A DNA stretch of 64,000 nucleotides from Phoronis australis (lineage: Eukaryota > Animalia > Phoronida): assembly GCA_002633005.1 (NCBI GenBank), contig NMRA01000168.1:437129-501128 (forward strand), written 5' to 3'. Both the position numbers and the translations under genes were made by a program. Of the stretch, positions 1 through 12,734 are shown in pieces. Each line of letters begins with the position of its first letter. Position 1 is the stretch's first letter. Under the pieces are notes generated by a model. It was not told the origin of the DNA and did not search any database. It worked only from the letters and a program-made list of their open reading frames with translations.

Positions 1-1423
1 CGTGTATTCAATATTTGTTCTTGCATGGGACACATGCACCTAAGCAAGCACATGTACAACATGTAACAATCTAGGCTGGGAATTCTCACACATTGCTTGT
101 CCATCTATGTTCAGTAGTTCCCTTCGGTATAAGAAACTTTTAAGAAAACAGAACGTCTAAGGTCATATTCTTGGCACATTGCCACCACGTGAACTTGAAT
201 AATGAAAAGTTCATTCATGAATGGCTCATGGTTATTTTTATCATTTTTGTCCAGAAACATTTGCCAAAAGTGCATTTTTTTGATTTTTAATGGGCTGATT
301 TTTAAAACATTTCTAACACAAATAGTACATTTCACACCCGTTTAGCTTGTCAATATTGAATTCTTATAAATGAAGCGCTTTGGGATTTAAAAATGTTACC
401 ACTCTCATCCCATCACCTGAATGGTGCCGTAAAAATAGGAGTACGCGCAATGTAAAAATGGCCGATTTAGACAACAGACCGAAGGACTTCTTGAAGAAAA
501 AGTTTTTTTACAATCTCTTTTGTTCGAGTTGGAAAGAATTAGAGACATCGATGGCCTCCTAAGGTGTCCCTCTATGCACAAAAGGTATTTATAGTGACGT
601 GATTTTGATGATTTAGAGTGAGGCATAATTTGTCAAAAAGTTTCTGGCATATGACGCTCCTATAGGAGATCCACCGTCTCTACTGGGGTCAGCTAGAGAC
701 ACTGGTCATTGTCTACATTAGCAGGTGACAGAAAAAGGATTGGTGGAAATCACCAAAACAGGGTTTAGTATCCTTTTAAAGCATCAGACCTCAGCTGCCA
801 AATACAGCAATGTTTGCTAGAATAAGTCAACTACTCTTACACTACTTTAGAAAACTGTCAAAATGACAATAAACCAACCTTCCATCACAAAAAATTCAAT
901 ACAGACGGTCACTTACTGTTAAGAAATTGGTCTTAAATGGATCTTTGATCAAATAAGAAAAAATTTCAGGATTTTGATTCGTTATTGAGCTAAGACCAGG
1001 CTCTAGAAGTAGGCGTCTCATTTTGAGTTGCGAGGAATAACAAACTGCCAGTTCTTAACAAACCAAAAAATCAATTCTCAAAGGAGTTAAGGAACAAGTT
1101 GAGACCAACTTTAAAGCAGTACGTGAACAGCCCTAATAGAAATTGAAAGTCTGCTCCTTGGAAGGAACAAGAGCTTAAAGTTGTTGTTAAATCACATCAC
1201 TTGTGGCTAAGGTTACGCTAATAAAGAGTCTCTAAATCATTTGACCATGGGCAATGGCCATTGCCTGATCGGCTTCACTTGAACACAGAAGATACCTGGT
1301 TTAAGTGCTGCCAATAAATGAATTTTCTATACCGCAATGACATTGGTTTCAAACTGCTTCTGTTGTAGATGTGCTTCCGGTGAATCATATGAGCCTCTGT
1401 TAGCTACTCGCTAACGGGCAATT

Positions 1424-1494
1424 GCCTATTAGCTGAATGGTTAGCACACTTGCCGGTTTTATGGGGGTCGCTGGTTCGATCCCCGGGTCGGGTA
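1424..1494 (+). mobile_element. tRNA-derived SINE head / tRNA-like pseudogene
   Basis: Pol III A-box-like TAGCTGAATGG and B-box GGTTCGATCCC at tRNA-like spacing. Acceptor and anticodon stems pair poorly, so it is not called a functional tRNA. Lies in the TMEM106 intron. Confidence 0.6.
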
Positions 1495-1778
1495 ATCTCG
1501 GCTATTACTACACTTCTTTGTCTAGGTGGGATTTCTGGGCTTGGAAGAATTTAGTTGTTATTTCTTCAGACCAGGGTCTTAAAAATTTCAAGTCACGTAA
1601 TGACTAGAAATTTAAGACCTACTGGAAACCAGGAAGCCACCAAGTTCTGACTTACCCAGCTTAGTACATGAATACTATTGTCAAAATAAAGCTGTATATT
1701 TAGTATTCTGCTTTGCACTAAGGCTAGTTAATGGTTATCATTCCATGTCCTGCAGCAAGTACGAAATTGCAAACTCAC

Positions 1779-1914
1779 CGCGCGAGATTCTCCCTGTGCC
1801 CCGACATGTCGGACAGGGAACACTTATTTCTTCATAAACTTGGTCAAAGGTGGACTCCGACGATACTGGATTACTCATGGATTGGCCCTGTATAGCACCT
1901 GCTTCTAAAGACAT
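1779..1914 (-). CDS. TMEM106B: TMEM106-family (TMEM106B-like) lysosomal type II membrane protein, first coding exon; remainder probably lies beyond the window start
   Basis: ATG at 1914 directly follows an in-frame TAA. Translates MSLEAGAIQGQSMSNPVSSESTFDQVYEEISVPCPTCRGTGRISR and ends at a G|GTGAGT donor (1778). CPTCxGTGRI is the conserved N-terminal motif of TMEM106 proteins. No next exon recognised in 1-1778. Confidence 0.78.
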
Positions 1915-2155
1915 TTAACACACGTTTGGTGACGCAACAGACATTCCATAAACACAAGTTTTCTAACCGTACAGCCCATAAACTAACGATATTAATATGT
2001 AATCACTGATAATATCTTTGCACCAACACCACCGAACTCGACCAAGCTCAAACTACTTCCGTCTTGCCTCGTTATCAATCAAAGATGTCAGCGCCCATTG
2101 ATAGTGTTACGTCGAATTTATAAAATTGTGCAAAACGAAGTAAATGCTTTGAAGA
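1915..2155. promoter_or_regulatory. Putative bidirectional promoter / 5' UTRs of TMEM106 and LANCL
   Basis: Only 241 bp separate the divergent start codons. Contains an ETS-like core ACTTCCG (about 2055-2061). Confidence 0.55.
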
Positions 2156-5100
2156 ATGGGAAGTAGGGAATTTGCAAACGAATTCTCAGAATACAGTGAA
2201 GAAAGAATTTTGGATTCGAATGGACAGGTAAAGTATGGAATCGAATATTTTATTGTTATTTTCATTTGTGTTTTTAATTCCATATAATCTTCAGGTTATC
2301 ATAATAATTGATATTGCTTCGCCTTGGGTGTTACATAATGAAAACTGCTGTACTTTATCACGTATTGTGTTATGTGTCAATATTGACCCAGTGCATGTGG
2401 CGCTATCTGTATATCAACACTCTAACCGGAACAAGGAGTAAATACCTAATCTGCCATGCTGTGCTTTTTGAGTTGTGACACTGGTTATTGACTATTGTGC
2501 CCATGGAAACCTTCCTGCCCTGGAAATCCTGGAATGGATGTCATGGTTAACTATAGTACTGTGGAGTGCTTACCTTGCCAAACAATGTGCTAAGTGCCTT
2601 ATGTTGAGATAAATACACATGCAGCCTGTGCCATGCATGCGATTATCTTTTGATGAACAAAGATTCCAAGGCCAAGGGATACAAATCTTGGAAATTATGC
2701 TGAATATCTTCCCATGCAAAATTTTCCAAGTGTTTTGCATTTTCAAAAAATCTTCAGATATTGGTGCTTGTTTTCCCCTGGTTTTTGTTAACAAAGACTG
2801 AAAGAGCAAGGCATTGAGTTTGTGGTTGTTGTGACAACTTTGTATTTGACCACATTGTGTCTCTTTTCACTATCTTGTGGGAGATGAGTGAAGCACCGAT
2901 ATGGCACAAGTATGCAAATAAGAAAGTCTGGTGTTGGTGGACATGACACACTGGCACTCAGTACATTCATACGTCACAGTCACATGTCCGTGGAGCTAAT
3001 AAACTTTGAATTATGACGTAGTCGCTTTTCTTCTTTTAAATTTCTTGTTTTTGGGATATTAAATTCCCATCTTTAAACTAACTCTCCTATTTAAGTACCA
3101 TGCATTCAGCAATTTTCCACACACTTGCTTTGTCTGTTTTGTGAAAAATGCAGAAATGGAATTTCACTTTGAACTTTGCTACGGGTGAGATGCTACCTTT
3201 TCAGTATGCCAACAAGTCCTTCCAACGCAAGCTTGTTGACAAGATTCAGCATCACACATCCCACTTAGTTCATTCACTACCTGACCTTGATGACAGAGAC
3301 TACTCGGTGTACACTGGCACAACAGGTTTGACTTTGATTCTTGTGGTGGTACCGTGTAGCAGATGCTTCACGTCTCCACGTAGAGTATCCTTATCCGGAC
3401 AGTCTCGAATTGGACTCCTGAAGCAGATTCTCCCACTTCAAAATCGAATTTCGAAGGTTTTGTTGTGTTCCAGTCAAAACCAAGCAAATCATTTGAAACC
3501 TACAGTGTTTCTCAATAAACCAGTGCCCGACATGTTTTACCTAATTTTGATTATAAATTAGTAGTATTAGCGAAGTTGATGCATGTCTTTCTTCCATAAC
3601 TAGGAAGATGCATCTAATCATTTTGAATTGACAAAAGTATTAACAGCAATGTCATAGATAGCATTTTAATGCCAATATATAATTTTACGTTCAAAAAATG
3701 TTTTGACCAGAAGAAAAAAAACTTCATTTTGTGTGCTTGCATTTTGGCTCCCGGTCATATCAGAAATTTGATAAATATAAAAAGAACCCGAAGTGCTATG
3801 TTTATGTATATGGTATGCTTGTGGCAATGGAGATAAAAACAATTACTACTTTTTCATTTCTTTTAATATTCACCAAAAAGTTGCAGAAGTGTCAAGATAA
3901 GGGTACTCGTCATATACATCACTTCTCAGCCTTAAAAAGTATTTCCAAGTAGGAGATTTCTGGTTCCAGATTTCTCTATCGTACAACTCTTGAATTTTTT
4001 CTGCGTGAAGACTTGTTCTCATTGTCATTATTTCATCATTATTGTTGTTGTCCTAATTGGTGTCACTGTTTATGTTTGTCATATGTGTTCTTCGGTTCTT
4101 TACTTAGATGTCTTATTTTGTTTTTGTCAAAACTAAGCTCTGACATTTATTTTCGTTACATTAAAGCGGCTAAAAACCCCTTCTGTTACAAAAGAGCTTT
4201 AGATTTATGTAGACCACTTTGAAATTGGTGTCAGTTTGTTCGTGTTGGGTGTGATATCAGGGTTTTGAAAGAATCAATAGCTCGATATTGCTTGAGAAAA
4301 AGCTCTTGACTACTGATTGAAAAAAGGTTTTTCATAGTCTCTGTGAAGGTATGGTATAAGTTGAATCAACTTACGTAGAGACTAGAATATTGCGAGTTCA
4401 TCCGTTTCGAACTGCTCTCTACAGTCCTTTGTCAATGACTGATGACTGTTGCTGGCTTGTCAGGGTGTGCCATTGCATAGTCTTGAGGAATTTCGAACTG
4501 TCATTTCTTCAGAAACTCAGAAATCACTTCTGATCTGAGAAAACATTAAGTTGGGACAAATTTTGGCAATTGGTCTGAACAAGTTTGCTTCTTGCCTATG
4601 GCACGAGGGCCACTTTGATATGATTTCTGAGAGTCGTAAAAGGGACTGACGTATATATGAATTTTGTCTCTCATTTCCTACAGGTATCTCTCTGCTTTTT
4701 GCCAAACTTGAAGGATGCCAAGCTGTGATGATGCCAGATATCGAATTTCTACCAATGGCCATATCGATGATCAAACGACCACTGCACCATCTGAAAGGCA
4801 GTAAGTCTACCTTCCTTTGTGGTGATGCTGGTCCACTAGCCCTGGGTGCTGTTTGGTATGCAAAAGTGGGTGAAAACAAAGATAAGGAGAAATGTATTAA
4901 AAGGTAAGTTATCGGGTTTCCATAATGAACATAACACCATTTTTCACAATATGTCAGAATGACATGTGAAGATTGGTTTTAAACTTGACAACTTATTCTT
5001 CATGTTTGCCATGACCAAGAAATGTTTGCTTTAATTTTTTCAGATTCATGACAGTGTGGTATATTGCAAATAGTTTATGAATTTCCAAAATATTGCTTAT

Positions 5101-8100
5101 TGATAGCTATGGAACAGAATTATTTTGGTGTTACTTATACGGATTGATATACCATTTATCCACTCTGAATTGGTGAGATTTTGCACTAGAAATGTCTTTC
5201 GTTCCTGAACAATCAGAGTTTTTTACACTTTATTACTGAGACCTGCACCGGTGCAAAATACAAACCACTTTTCATGAATTTGTCAAAATAGATTTTCTTA
5301 TCATCATCCCAACCATGGCTCGCGACCTCCAAAATTTAGTCTAGACCTGCCTCAAAAACTGACACTCATCGCATGAATTATGATGATGGTTTTCACAAAG
5401 CGTTTAGGGCCCAGGTATGTTTTTAATTTTTACATTATGAATACATGGAGTTGAAGTACCTCTTTAAAGTAATTGCGGTATAGCAATGGTCCAGTCTAGA
5501 AGATGTCATTAAGGACTTCTTTGCAGGCTACTCGCTATGGTGCCTGAAGTGTGTTCCAAAAAAGGCATTGCTGACGAGCACTTGACAGGAAGGGCGGGGT
5601 TTCTGTATGCATTGCTCTTTGTAAGGCATCACCTTGGAGACGATATTATGAAGCTGGACCCCATCAGAAAGGTATTTGTATGCTTCAATACAGAGCTGAT
5701 GACGATTTAGATAGTCTTTAATTAGTGAATATGTGACCCAACTTAGTGATTGAATTACCTCAGTTAAGTGTAATGAGTTTAGTGTCAGTTATGCAGTAAA
5801 ACCAACATTGGCACCTTATCAAAGATTAGTGGATACCTGTTGAAATAATCTCTGTAGTTATGCACTTGTAAAGTAGGATTAAGTTAACTTGATGAATGCT
5901 TGTTACTGTAGTGAAATAAGTACCAAAACATTTCTCAATTTTGGATATTGAAAAATTAAGCATTTTTATTTTCCAACTTCAATTTTGAAGCACATCATAA
6001 TATTTGATTCCCTACCTAAGAAGTAGAGATAAACTAAATTAGCCAGTATTTATGATAACAAGGTGATCACCTCTTTGTTGATTACTCTTTAGGTCTTCAT
6101 GGCAATTATAGAGTCTGGCCGGGCCATGTCTCATGCACAGAGATGGCAGTGCCCTCTATTGTACGAGTGGCATGACTCCAAGTATCTTGGGGCTGCACAT
6201 GGACTGGCTGGCATCTTCTACACACTCATGCAGGTAAGTATGTTTAGTATCTTAGTCTTTTAATTGCCGACCTTTTAGGGCATTTTGAAAAAAACGATCA
6301 TACTCTTCATTTTTGAAGGGTTTATTCCAAAAAACAAGGACCTATTTCAAAAATCTGAGAATGGTTCCCTCGAAAATGCCGTTATCAATATGTTGACAAA
6401 AGACCAATAAGATTGGAGGAACAGTATTTTTAAAGTCTCTGCTCAAAGTCTCATGAAAAAATAAAGACAAGTAAATAACAATAATAAATTTTGTTGGGAA
6501 ATTTATTCAGCTTTCAGCAAAAATATACTTTGTAAGTGTTCGAGCTAATAGAATTTAAGATATTTGCGCACAATGCAACCTGGTAAACGAGGTTCACAGT
6601 TAAATTAATCCCAATTCATGCTTGAAACCATTGGATATCATGGTTAAGTATAATATTGAGCGGTCGATTCACACATGCAAATACCTTCACAATTTTTGCA
6701 CATAGGTATGATAATATTAGAAAGCACAGGAGTTAAAATAACCATTTCAATACTGCTTACGGTGCTGCTGAAACTTAACTATACGTTACCTGAGGCAAGT
6801 GAGTATATGAGAGTAAGGTGCTAAGTCAAGTGTGGCCGTTTAAAAGTCAAAATTTTAAAATTTCAGGCGTGGGTGTTAAGTTAAATGTTGACATCAATCC
6901 GGACGAGTACGGTGCATTATTTTTAAGTCTTTTGTTATCTCTGCAGGCAGCATCAGTTGATCCATCGTTAAAACCCACCATTGTCGAGTATGTTGTACCA
7001 AGTATGGACTATCTGATGAGCCTCAAGTTCCTGTCGGGCAACTATCCGTCGTCAGTTGGCAGCAGTGGCGGAGACAAGCTAATTCACTGGTGTCATGGTG
7101 CTCCAGGCTGGATTTACATGTTTGTCCAGGCATATAAGGTGACTATGCTGAGATGTGCGTTGGAATTGATAGGCTTTTAAATGGAAAATATTCTGCAACA
7201 ATGGTTTTTGCATTGTTGGTAATGTTGATTCCTAGGTGAGGTAGACTGCAGGTGTATCAGAGAAATACTTTTTCGAAAGTTGTCATATTTGTCATACTAA
7301 CTGAAATTTGATGAAGTTGGTCAGTCTTATCTGCGTGCAGGACTTTAACAATTCTGGATAAAAGCAAAAGCTCAGAAGAAAGAAAGTATTTGGTATAAAT
7401 TTAGTGTGCAAGTCCTGGCTTCCTTTCTGTGAAAAAAGTTTTGTAAAACTTGTTAGGGTTGACACAAATGCTAACATAAAACAAGACAATATTAAGTGAC
7501 TGCAGTACATTGTTTGTTTTCAATTTTTGTGTTCAGTCCAGCTCAGTTAGCTCACAGGTTCGTAAGTAGTTAATGAAAATAATGTGCTGTGCAGCCAAAA
7601 ATAATCGAACACAATGAACTGTAATTCTACGTCATGACAACCGAGTGGAAGTGTAATTCACTGTCAAATTTGCGGGAATGATGTGTCACTGCTGGTCATG
7701 ACGGGAATTTTGTTCCATTGTTTTTGGTGTGTGCTGCATTTGCTTTACAGTTTGTACCATTCCCAATATCTGTTTGTTGTGGGAGCCTTGAGTGCTTTCT
7801 CGACAAGTGGCACACAGAACGTATTGTGTTTTCAGAGAATGATTGTTTAACCAGAACCAACGTATTTTAGGCTATATTCTATTTCATGTCCTCACTGAGT
7901 TACTGAATCAATTATCTTGTTCTATAGTTACTTGCTGACAGCAGATATCTGGAGGCAGCTCGTTCATGTGCTCATGTGATTTGGCGACGGGGCCTGTTAC
8001 GTAAAGGTTACGGCCTGTGTCATGGGGTGGCGGGGAATGGTTATGCCTTTCTACTCATGTACAGGTTAACATCAGAGGAGAAATACCTGTACAGAGCTGT

Positions 8101-9515
8101 TAAGGTGAGACAAAAGGGGACCAGGCGTGTGTTCTGCAGAACCAATAAAAAAACTCAAGATAATGCAAGTCTTCGCCAGATATTCTGTGCATTGCGAGCA
8201 AAGCACGTGATCCTGCTATCTTTTCACACGATTGTCTTAGGTCTGTGTCCCACAGTACTGAACCCTGTGGCCTATGGTCAATATCTGATATATTTTATCA
8301 TCCCAACATATTACAGCTATTTTGTCACCCACTTCAAACTTTGATTTATAGATAAGCATCAAGCAGCTGACATGAACTTAGTAACTGTATCTGCCCTTAT
8401 TGATGTGCAGTGAAAGCATCTGCTTTTAAATATATATTTTCTTTACATTTCACTGTTAATCCAGTGCAGGAGGTGCAGGAGTTTTTCACACTTGCTCCTT
8501 TGTATTATGGAGAAATGGAAAAGAGACTCCTGTGTCTTCTCATTGTCAGATTACCTGTGATCATGACTCTGGTTCTGCATGCCTCTGGTCTACCTTCATC
8601 CGTTTTTTGATGTCAAAAGCTTAACATTTGTATTATACTGCTATGAAATGGATCTCAACCTGTAAGCTTACTCAATTAAAATGATTTCTGTCCGTGAAAA
8701 GACCTTGGTAAGTTCATAGGTTGTTATCAGTTATGTCGAAAACTGTCAGCCCAACTGGTAAAGACTAGTTCTGTGCTGGAACACTAATGTTGAAGTGCTG
8801 AAGGGCTTTTGTGATATGGCTAGACAAGATAATGATAATAATTCTTTATTAATCGAAGTTTTGTTATTTTGATCTGAAGATATTCGTCAAAATTTTGAAA
8901 TGATTGTATCCATGCTTTGTGTTGCTTTTGCTCTGACCAGCTGTGAATATTTCAGTTTGCCGAGTGGTGCTTTGACTATGGAAAACATGGTTGTCGGACT
9001 CCAGACAGACCTATGTCGCTGTATGAAGGTGGGTATGCAATAAATAACCTGCATTTGATGATTATAGTCACTGTTGAATACAGTAATAGTCATTGGCGTG
9101 TTCCAAGTCCTCGGTAAGATGCTAAGGTTTTTTATTGGTGCAAAATTATTCATAAAAGTGCTTTTTCAAAGATCGCCAGTAAGTGTTAAAAGACGTGTTG
9201 TATTTGTGTTTAATAAAATCTGCCTGGGCCAAGATTCTGTAACTGTGTCAACACAACTTATTCAAACTACCCTGGAAGTGGAGATAGGTACGTTGACAGA
9301 TCTGGAACCTGAGTCACAATGTTGTGAAGCTGCTTCTCAGGAAAAGGCATGTACTGTCATCTTTTTTGAGATCATTTTGCTCACTTGTTCTTGTAGATTT
9401 AGCATACACCATATACTTCTTTTCACTTGTTCTTGTAGGTTTAGCAGGCACCATTTACTTCTGGGTGGACCTACTGGAACCAACGAAAGCAAAGTTTCCA
9501 GGTTTTGAGCTCTAA
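2156..9515 (+). CDS. LANCL2: LanC-like protein (LANCL1/2 family), 9 exons, about 405 aa
   Basis: Exons 2156-2227, 3205-3325, 4684-4903, 5527-5671, 6093-6233, 6947-7138, 7928-8104, 8956-9028, 9439-9515; all GT-AG, phases consistent, 1218 nt. Motifs: DYSVYTGTTG, TFLCGDAGPLA, GRAGFLYALL, YEWHDSKYLGAAHGLAGI, GNYPSS, LIHWCHGAPG, IWRRGLLRKGYGLCHGVAGNGYAFL, PDRPMSLYEGLAG, FPGFEL*. Zinc-ligand motifs WCHG and CHG are intact. Confidence 0.95.
9381..9464 (+). repeat. 42-bp tandem duplication spanning the acceptor of the last LANCL exon
   Basis: tcacttgttcttgtagATTTAGCATACACCATATACTTCTTT (9381-9422) is followed by tcacttgttcttgtagGTTTAGCAGGCACCATTTACTTCTGG (9423-9464). Confidence 0.9.
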
Positions 9516-10140
9516 TAATACTGCATATGGCTGCCGCATCAAGGATCTGAACAGTATGATAAGGGTTGATTGCCTAAAGCTAGCAAATGGCATGTTAAGC
9601 ACGGTGGCTCATTGTTGCTCGAAAATGTCAAATTACATGTTTGACATGTGGAGGTACTGTGGTAAACCACTCCTCATTTGAGAAATCAATGTCTCTTAGC
9701 CCGACTTTCCTTGTATTCTTTTTTCTTTCATAGGCATTTCTTCACAAAGCAAATCCCCTTTTTGCATTAACGGGGCACTAAATTGTTTCTATAGTGCGTC
9801 TTGTACTGCAGAATTTGATATGCGTCCCATTTTTCACTGTCGAGTGTTTGGTACTCTCATGCAGCTCCCTAGTGTGTTGATTATTTTTAGGATACAGAAA
9901 TGTTGTGGTGCATCTGCTTCACAGTATTATTTTCGCGTAACAATTTCGAGTCATTTCACCATGCCACTTGTTGGCCACATCGCGTGAGCTAATGAATATA
10001 AGTCTGAAAAGATTTCTGCCCAAACCGGATTCTAACATGGGACCTTCTGCTAACCGTGTTTGTGATCCATGCCGCTTAGGATTTACATATTTTATCTGGA
10101 AATTGGGCATCTGTTGCAGTTACTGCAATACCACTTAGAA

Positions 10141-10620
10141 TCATAATATTAACTTCCTGGCTTTCCTCAACAAACATTTTTTGAAAGTGGGTTTACTGAT
10201 CATACAAACTGATGATGCCTTTTGCTGATCTACCCTGCAACATGCCAATTTACTTCTCAAACCGAGCTTAATAGCTTTTACAGCTGAGGCCCAAGACGTT
10301 TCTTGAACCCATCTCTCCCACCGTGGCTGTATTTCCTCAGCAAGGGTATCATCCCAGCTCATGTTGAGGGTTCAGTGGATGCCCAAACAGGTATTATACC
10401 ATCATTCAGGATTTCAAGATGAGATTGCAGTAGAAATTTCTTGTAATAATCCAGGAAATTTACCTTAAACGGCACAAGTTTTCGGAGACCTTTGTTGACT
10501 GCTTCCTTCCTCAATGTGACCCTGTGAAGTAGTGGGGTCAAGACGACGTCATAAAGGCGGGAAAGTTCAAATGCGTCATCGTCTGTGTTCATGACCTTGG
10601 GCTCTTTTCTAATGCAGATG
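10141..10620 (-). mobile_element. Degenerate BEL/Pao LTR-retrotransposon pol fragment
   Basis: SWDDTLAEEIQPRWERW matches the LSWDDxLPxExxxRWxxW motif of the Pao peptidase region. The upstream ORF (TDDDAFELS...NFLDYYKKFLLQSHLE) resembles BEL pol just before RT. Broken and heavily deleted. Confidence 0.6.
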
Positions 10621-10744
10621 AGTTTCCCAATTCTCCTTTTTCTAGTGGCGCTTTCACTATCAAATGTTTTTGCATTTTCTCAGTCTGTCACTCTCCACCA
10701 CTTGCTACAGGGCTTCTTCTGACAGTAGATTTGGAGGCATCTGA

Positions 10745-11100
10745 TTTTTATGCGCCCACATATTTATATGTGGACGCATTATGCCGTCATCTCTGTCCGT
10801 CCGTCCGTCCGTCCGGGCGGCGTCCGTCCGGCGTCCGCTGCTCTATCTCCAAAACCCTTTGACATACGTTCATGAAATTTGGCACATATGTTCCATTCAT
10901 GAATGGGACGGCATGTGCGAACTTTCGGACGGATCCGACTACCGGTGTGCCCCCTAGTGGCAATTTTAGTTTTTTACGCTTACCTTTGTATCTTCAAAAG
11001 TCCTGAACGGATTTTCATGAAATTTGGTATGTAGGCACCTAGTAGNCAATAACTAGAATCACACATGAAAATCGAGCTAATTTTTAGGGTCAAGTGACCC
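10745..11100 (+). mobile_element. Non-autonomous Helitron/Helentron-associated (HINE/DINE/Pearl-like) element
   Basis: 5' hairpin ATGCGCCCACATAT..ATATGTGGACGCAT, then a (GTCC)n microsatellite (about 10795-10830), then repeated TTCATGAAATTTGG cores (about 10869 and 11014). An assembly N sits at 11046, so the 3' end is uncertain. Confidence 0.6.
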
Positions 11101-11339
11101 CCAAAATATGGCAATTTAGGCACAAAATTGAAACCTATAGGATAGTCAAACATGGATCTTGAAATTAGAGATACTGGGCTTTCAGACGAGACATGTTAGT
11201 ATAGTCATAATTCTAATTATTTTGTATTGGGGTGGACCTTTTCACAGAATTGCCCATTTGTACCAGAAAATCTGAATAAAGATTCCCCTAACATGTGACC
11301 ATATCATCTAAAATCAGTTATTGTTTCACGACAGCTTTC

Positions 11340-11860
11340 AGTCAGAGAACGCTGAATTAGCATGCACTCGCACGGCCTTGGTGCCCGGTCGATAACCTTT
11401 ATTGCATCTAAAGCCAGTAATGCAGTTGTTTATTCATTGCTGGCATCTCAAAACATTCGCACTCACGAATACCCCAAAGGCATTACAAATTGTGTCTAAT
11501 GAGACTTTGTTTCAGTTTTATATAAGCACTGGTTAGGGTGAGAATAATTCATTTTGAAACAGAACGCAGAATAATAAATGTCGACATGGCAACTCGCAAT
11601 CCTGCCTTAGACGAGAGCTCATCCAGTGAAGACTTCACAGGTGGATCGTTAGGTTTCACAGGCTATCAGTTCGAACCGATTAAGAAATACTAAAGAGAGG
11701 CACCGTGGACATGCACATGCAACATAACGTATGGACTGTTCCTGAGTAAGTTACCATTTGACAGAAAAATCACTCTTCACGAAATGCCGGCCACATACAC
11801 GGAGATTTTTTCACAGCCTGCGAGCCACTTCCTAAGCATTTCGGGCTCTCCAGGAAGTCT
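11340..11860 (-). mobile_element. THAP-bearing repeat, degraded copy (inverted homolog of about 25440-26020)
   Basis: Long stretches align with the reverse complement of 25440-26020, e.g. ctgaattagcatgc..cacggcc.tggtgcccg, gagaataattcattttgaaacagaacgcagaataataa and caggctatcagttcgaac. Confidence 0.75.
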
Positions 11861-12505
11861 AAATAGGGATTGATTACTTAGTATGTCCCATTAGTGTCGG
11901 ATTATCCAACTGAAAAGTCAACAGTAAAGCAAAATTTTAACACAAGTTACACAAGAGCAACGCAGAGCGTTGAAATGTGCCCACATAGAAATTCGTCACA
12001 GAACATCAAAGAAACAAAGGAAAACAGAAAAAAATGAAATTGCCACTAGGAGGCACCGTGGTCATTGGATCCACCTGCAAGTCGTCATTGTCGGTTGTTA
12101 GCTTCATATAAATACACTTACAAAATTTAATAAAGATACTGCAGTGGGTTTACAGGGCTCAACATTAACTTTTTAACACTTCGGGCAAGTAGTTGAAATT
12201 TTTACTTTCCCGAACAACGAATTCACTTGCCCCATTAGTACAATCCCAAATAGCACCGTGCATGTGCACACCTAGGAAATGTGTTACCGTAGGGCTGCCT
12301 GTGCTGAGCCTCCTCTTGTGTTGTGCACGCTATATACATGAGTTGCTATTTTTTAACGATTCATCTTACAGAACATTTATTTATAAGGTGTGTCAAAACA
12401 CTAGAGAGACAAATTAGAAGAGTAACTATGGTATCTGAACCATTGTCACACGTTCACAGGCGCCGAAGTGAGCTAGGGCATGAACTCTAGACACTTCTGT
12501 GTATT

Positions 12506-12734
12506 CAGTGGCAGATCTACGATTTCAGTAAGGGGGGGGTTAGGATTCGAGAGAATCCGAGGCGCATAGCGCCGAGGAGAAGGAAGGTCGCGAGAGGGTT
12601 TCCCTCCTCCCGTGTAAGATTTTTTGGGATTTTTAGTAGCTAATTTCGTTTTTCTGGCGATTTTTTTTCCAGTTTTTATTTTTGATCCTGTCCCGAGGGG
12701 GGGGGTTTAAACCCCCCCTGTAGATCCGCCTCTG
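12506..12734. mobile_element. MITE with CAGTGGC(A/G)GATCTAC terminal inverted repeats
   Basis: Starts CAGTGGCAGATCTAC, ends GTAGATCCGCCTCTG, with G/C runs inside the termini. Related copies at 29151-29447 and about 31330-31464. Confidence 0.8.

Noticed and set aside
1424-1494. Functional tRNA gene
   Set aside because: A and B boxes are present but the acceptor and anticodon stems do not pair well; treated as a SINE head.
2156-2176. N-myristoylation of LANCL (MGSREF)
   Set aside because: Gly2 is present but position 6 is Phe rather than Ser/Thr; not supportable.
2156-9515. Lanthipeptide biosynthetic cluster around the LanC-like gene
   Set aside because: This is the ordinary spliced eukaryotic LANCL; no dehydratase/kinase or precursor peptide gene is adjacent.
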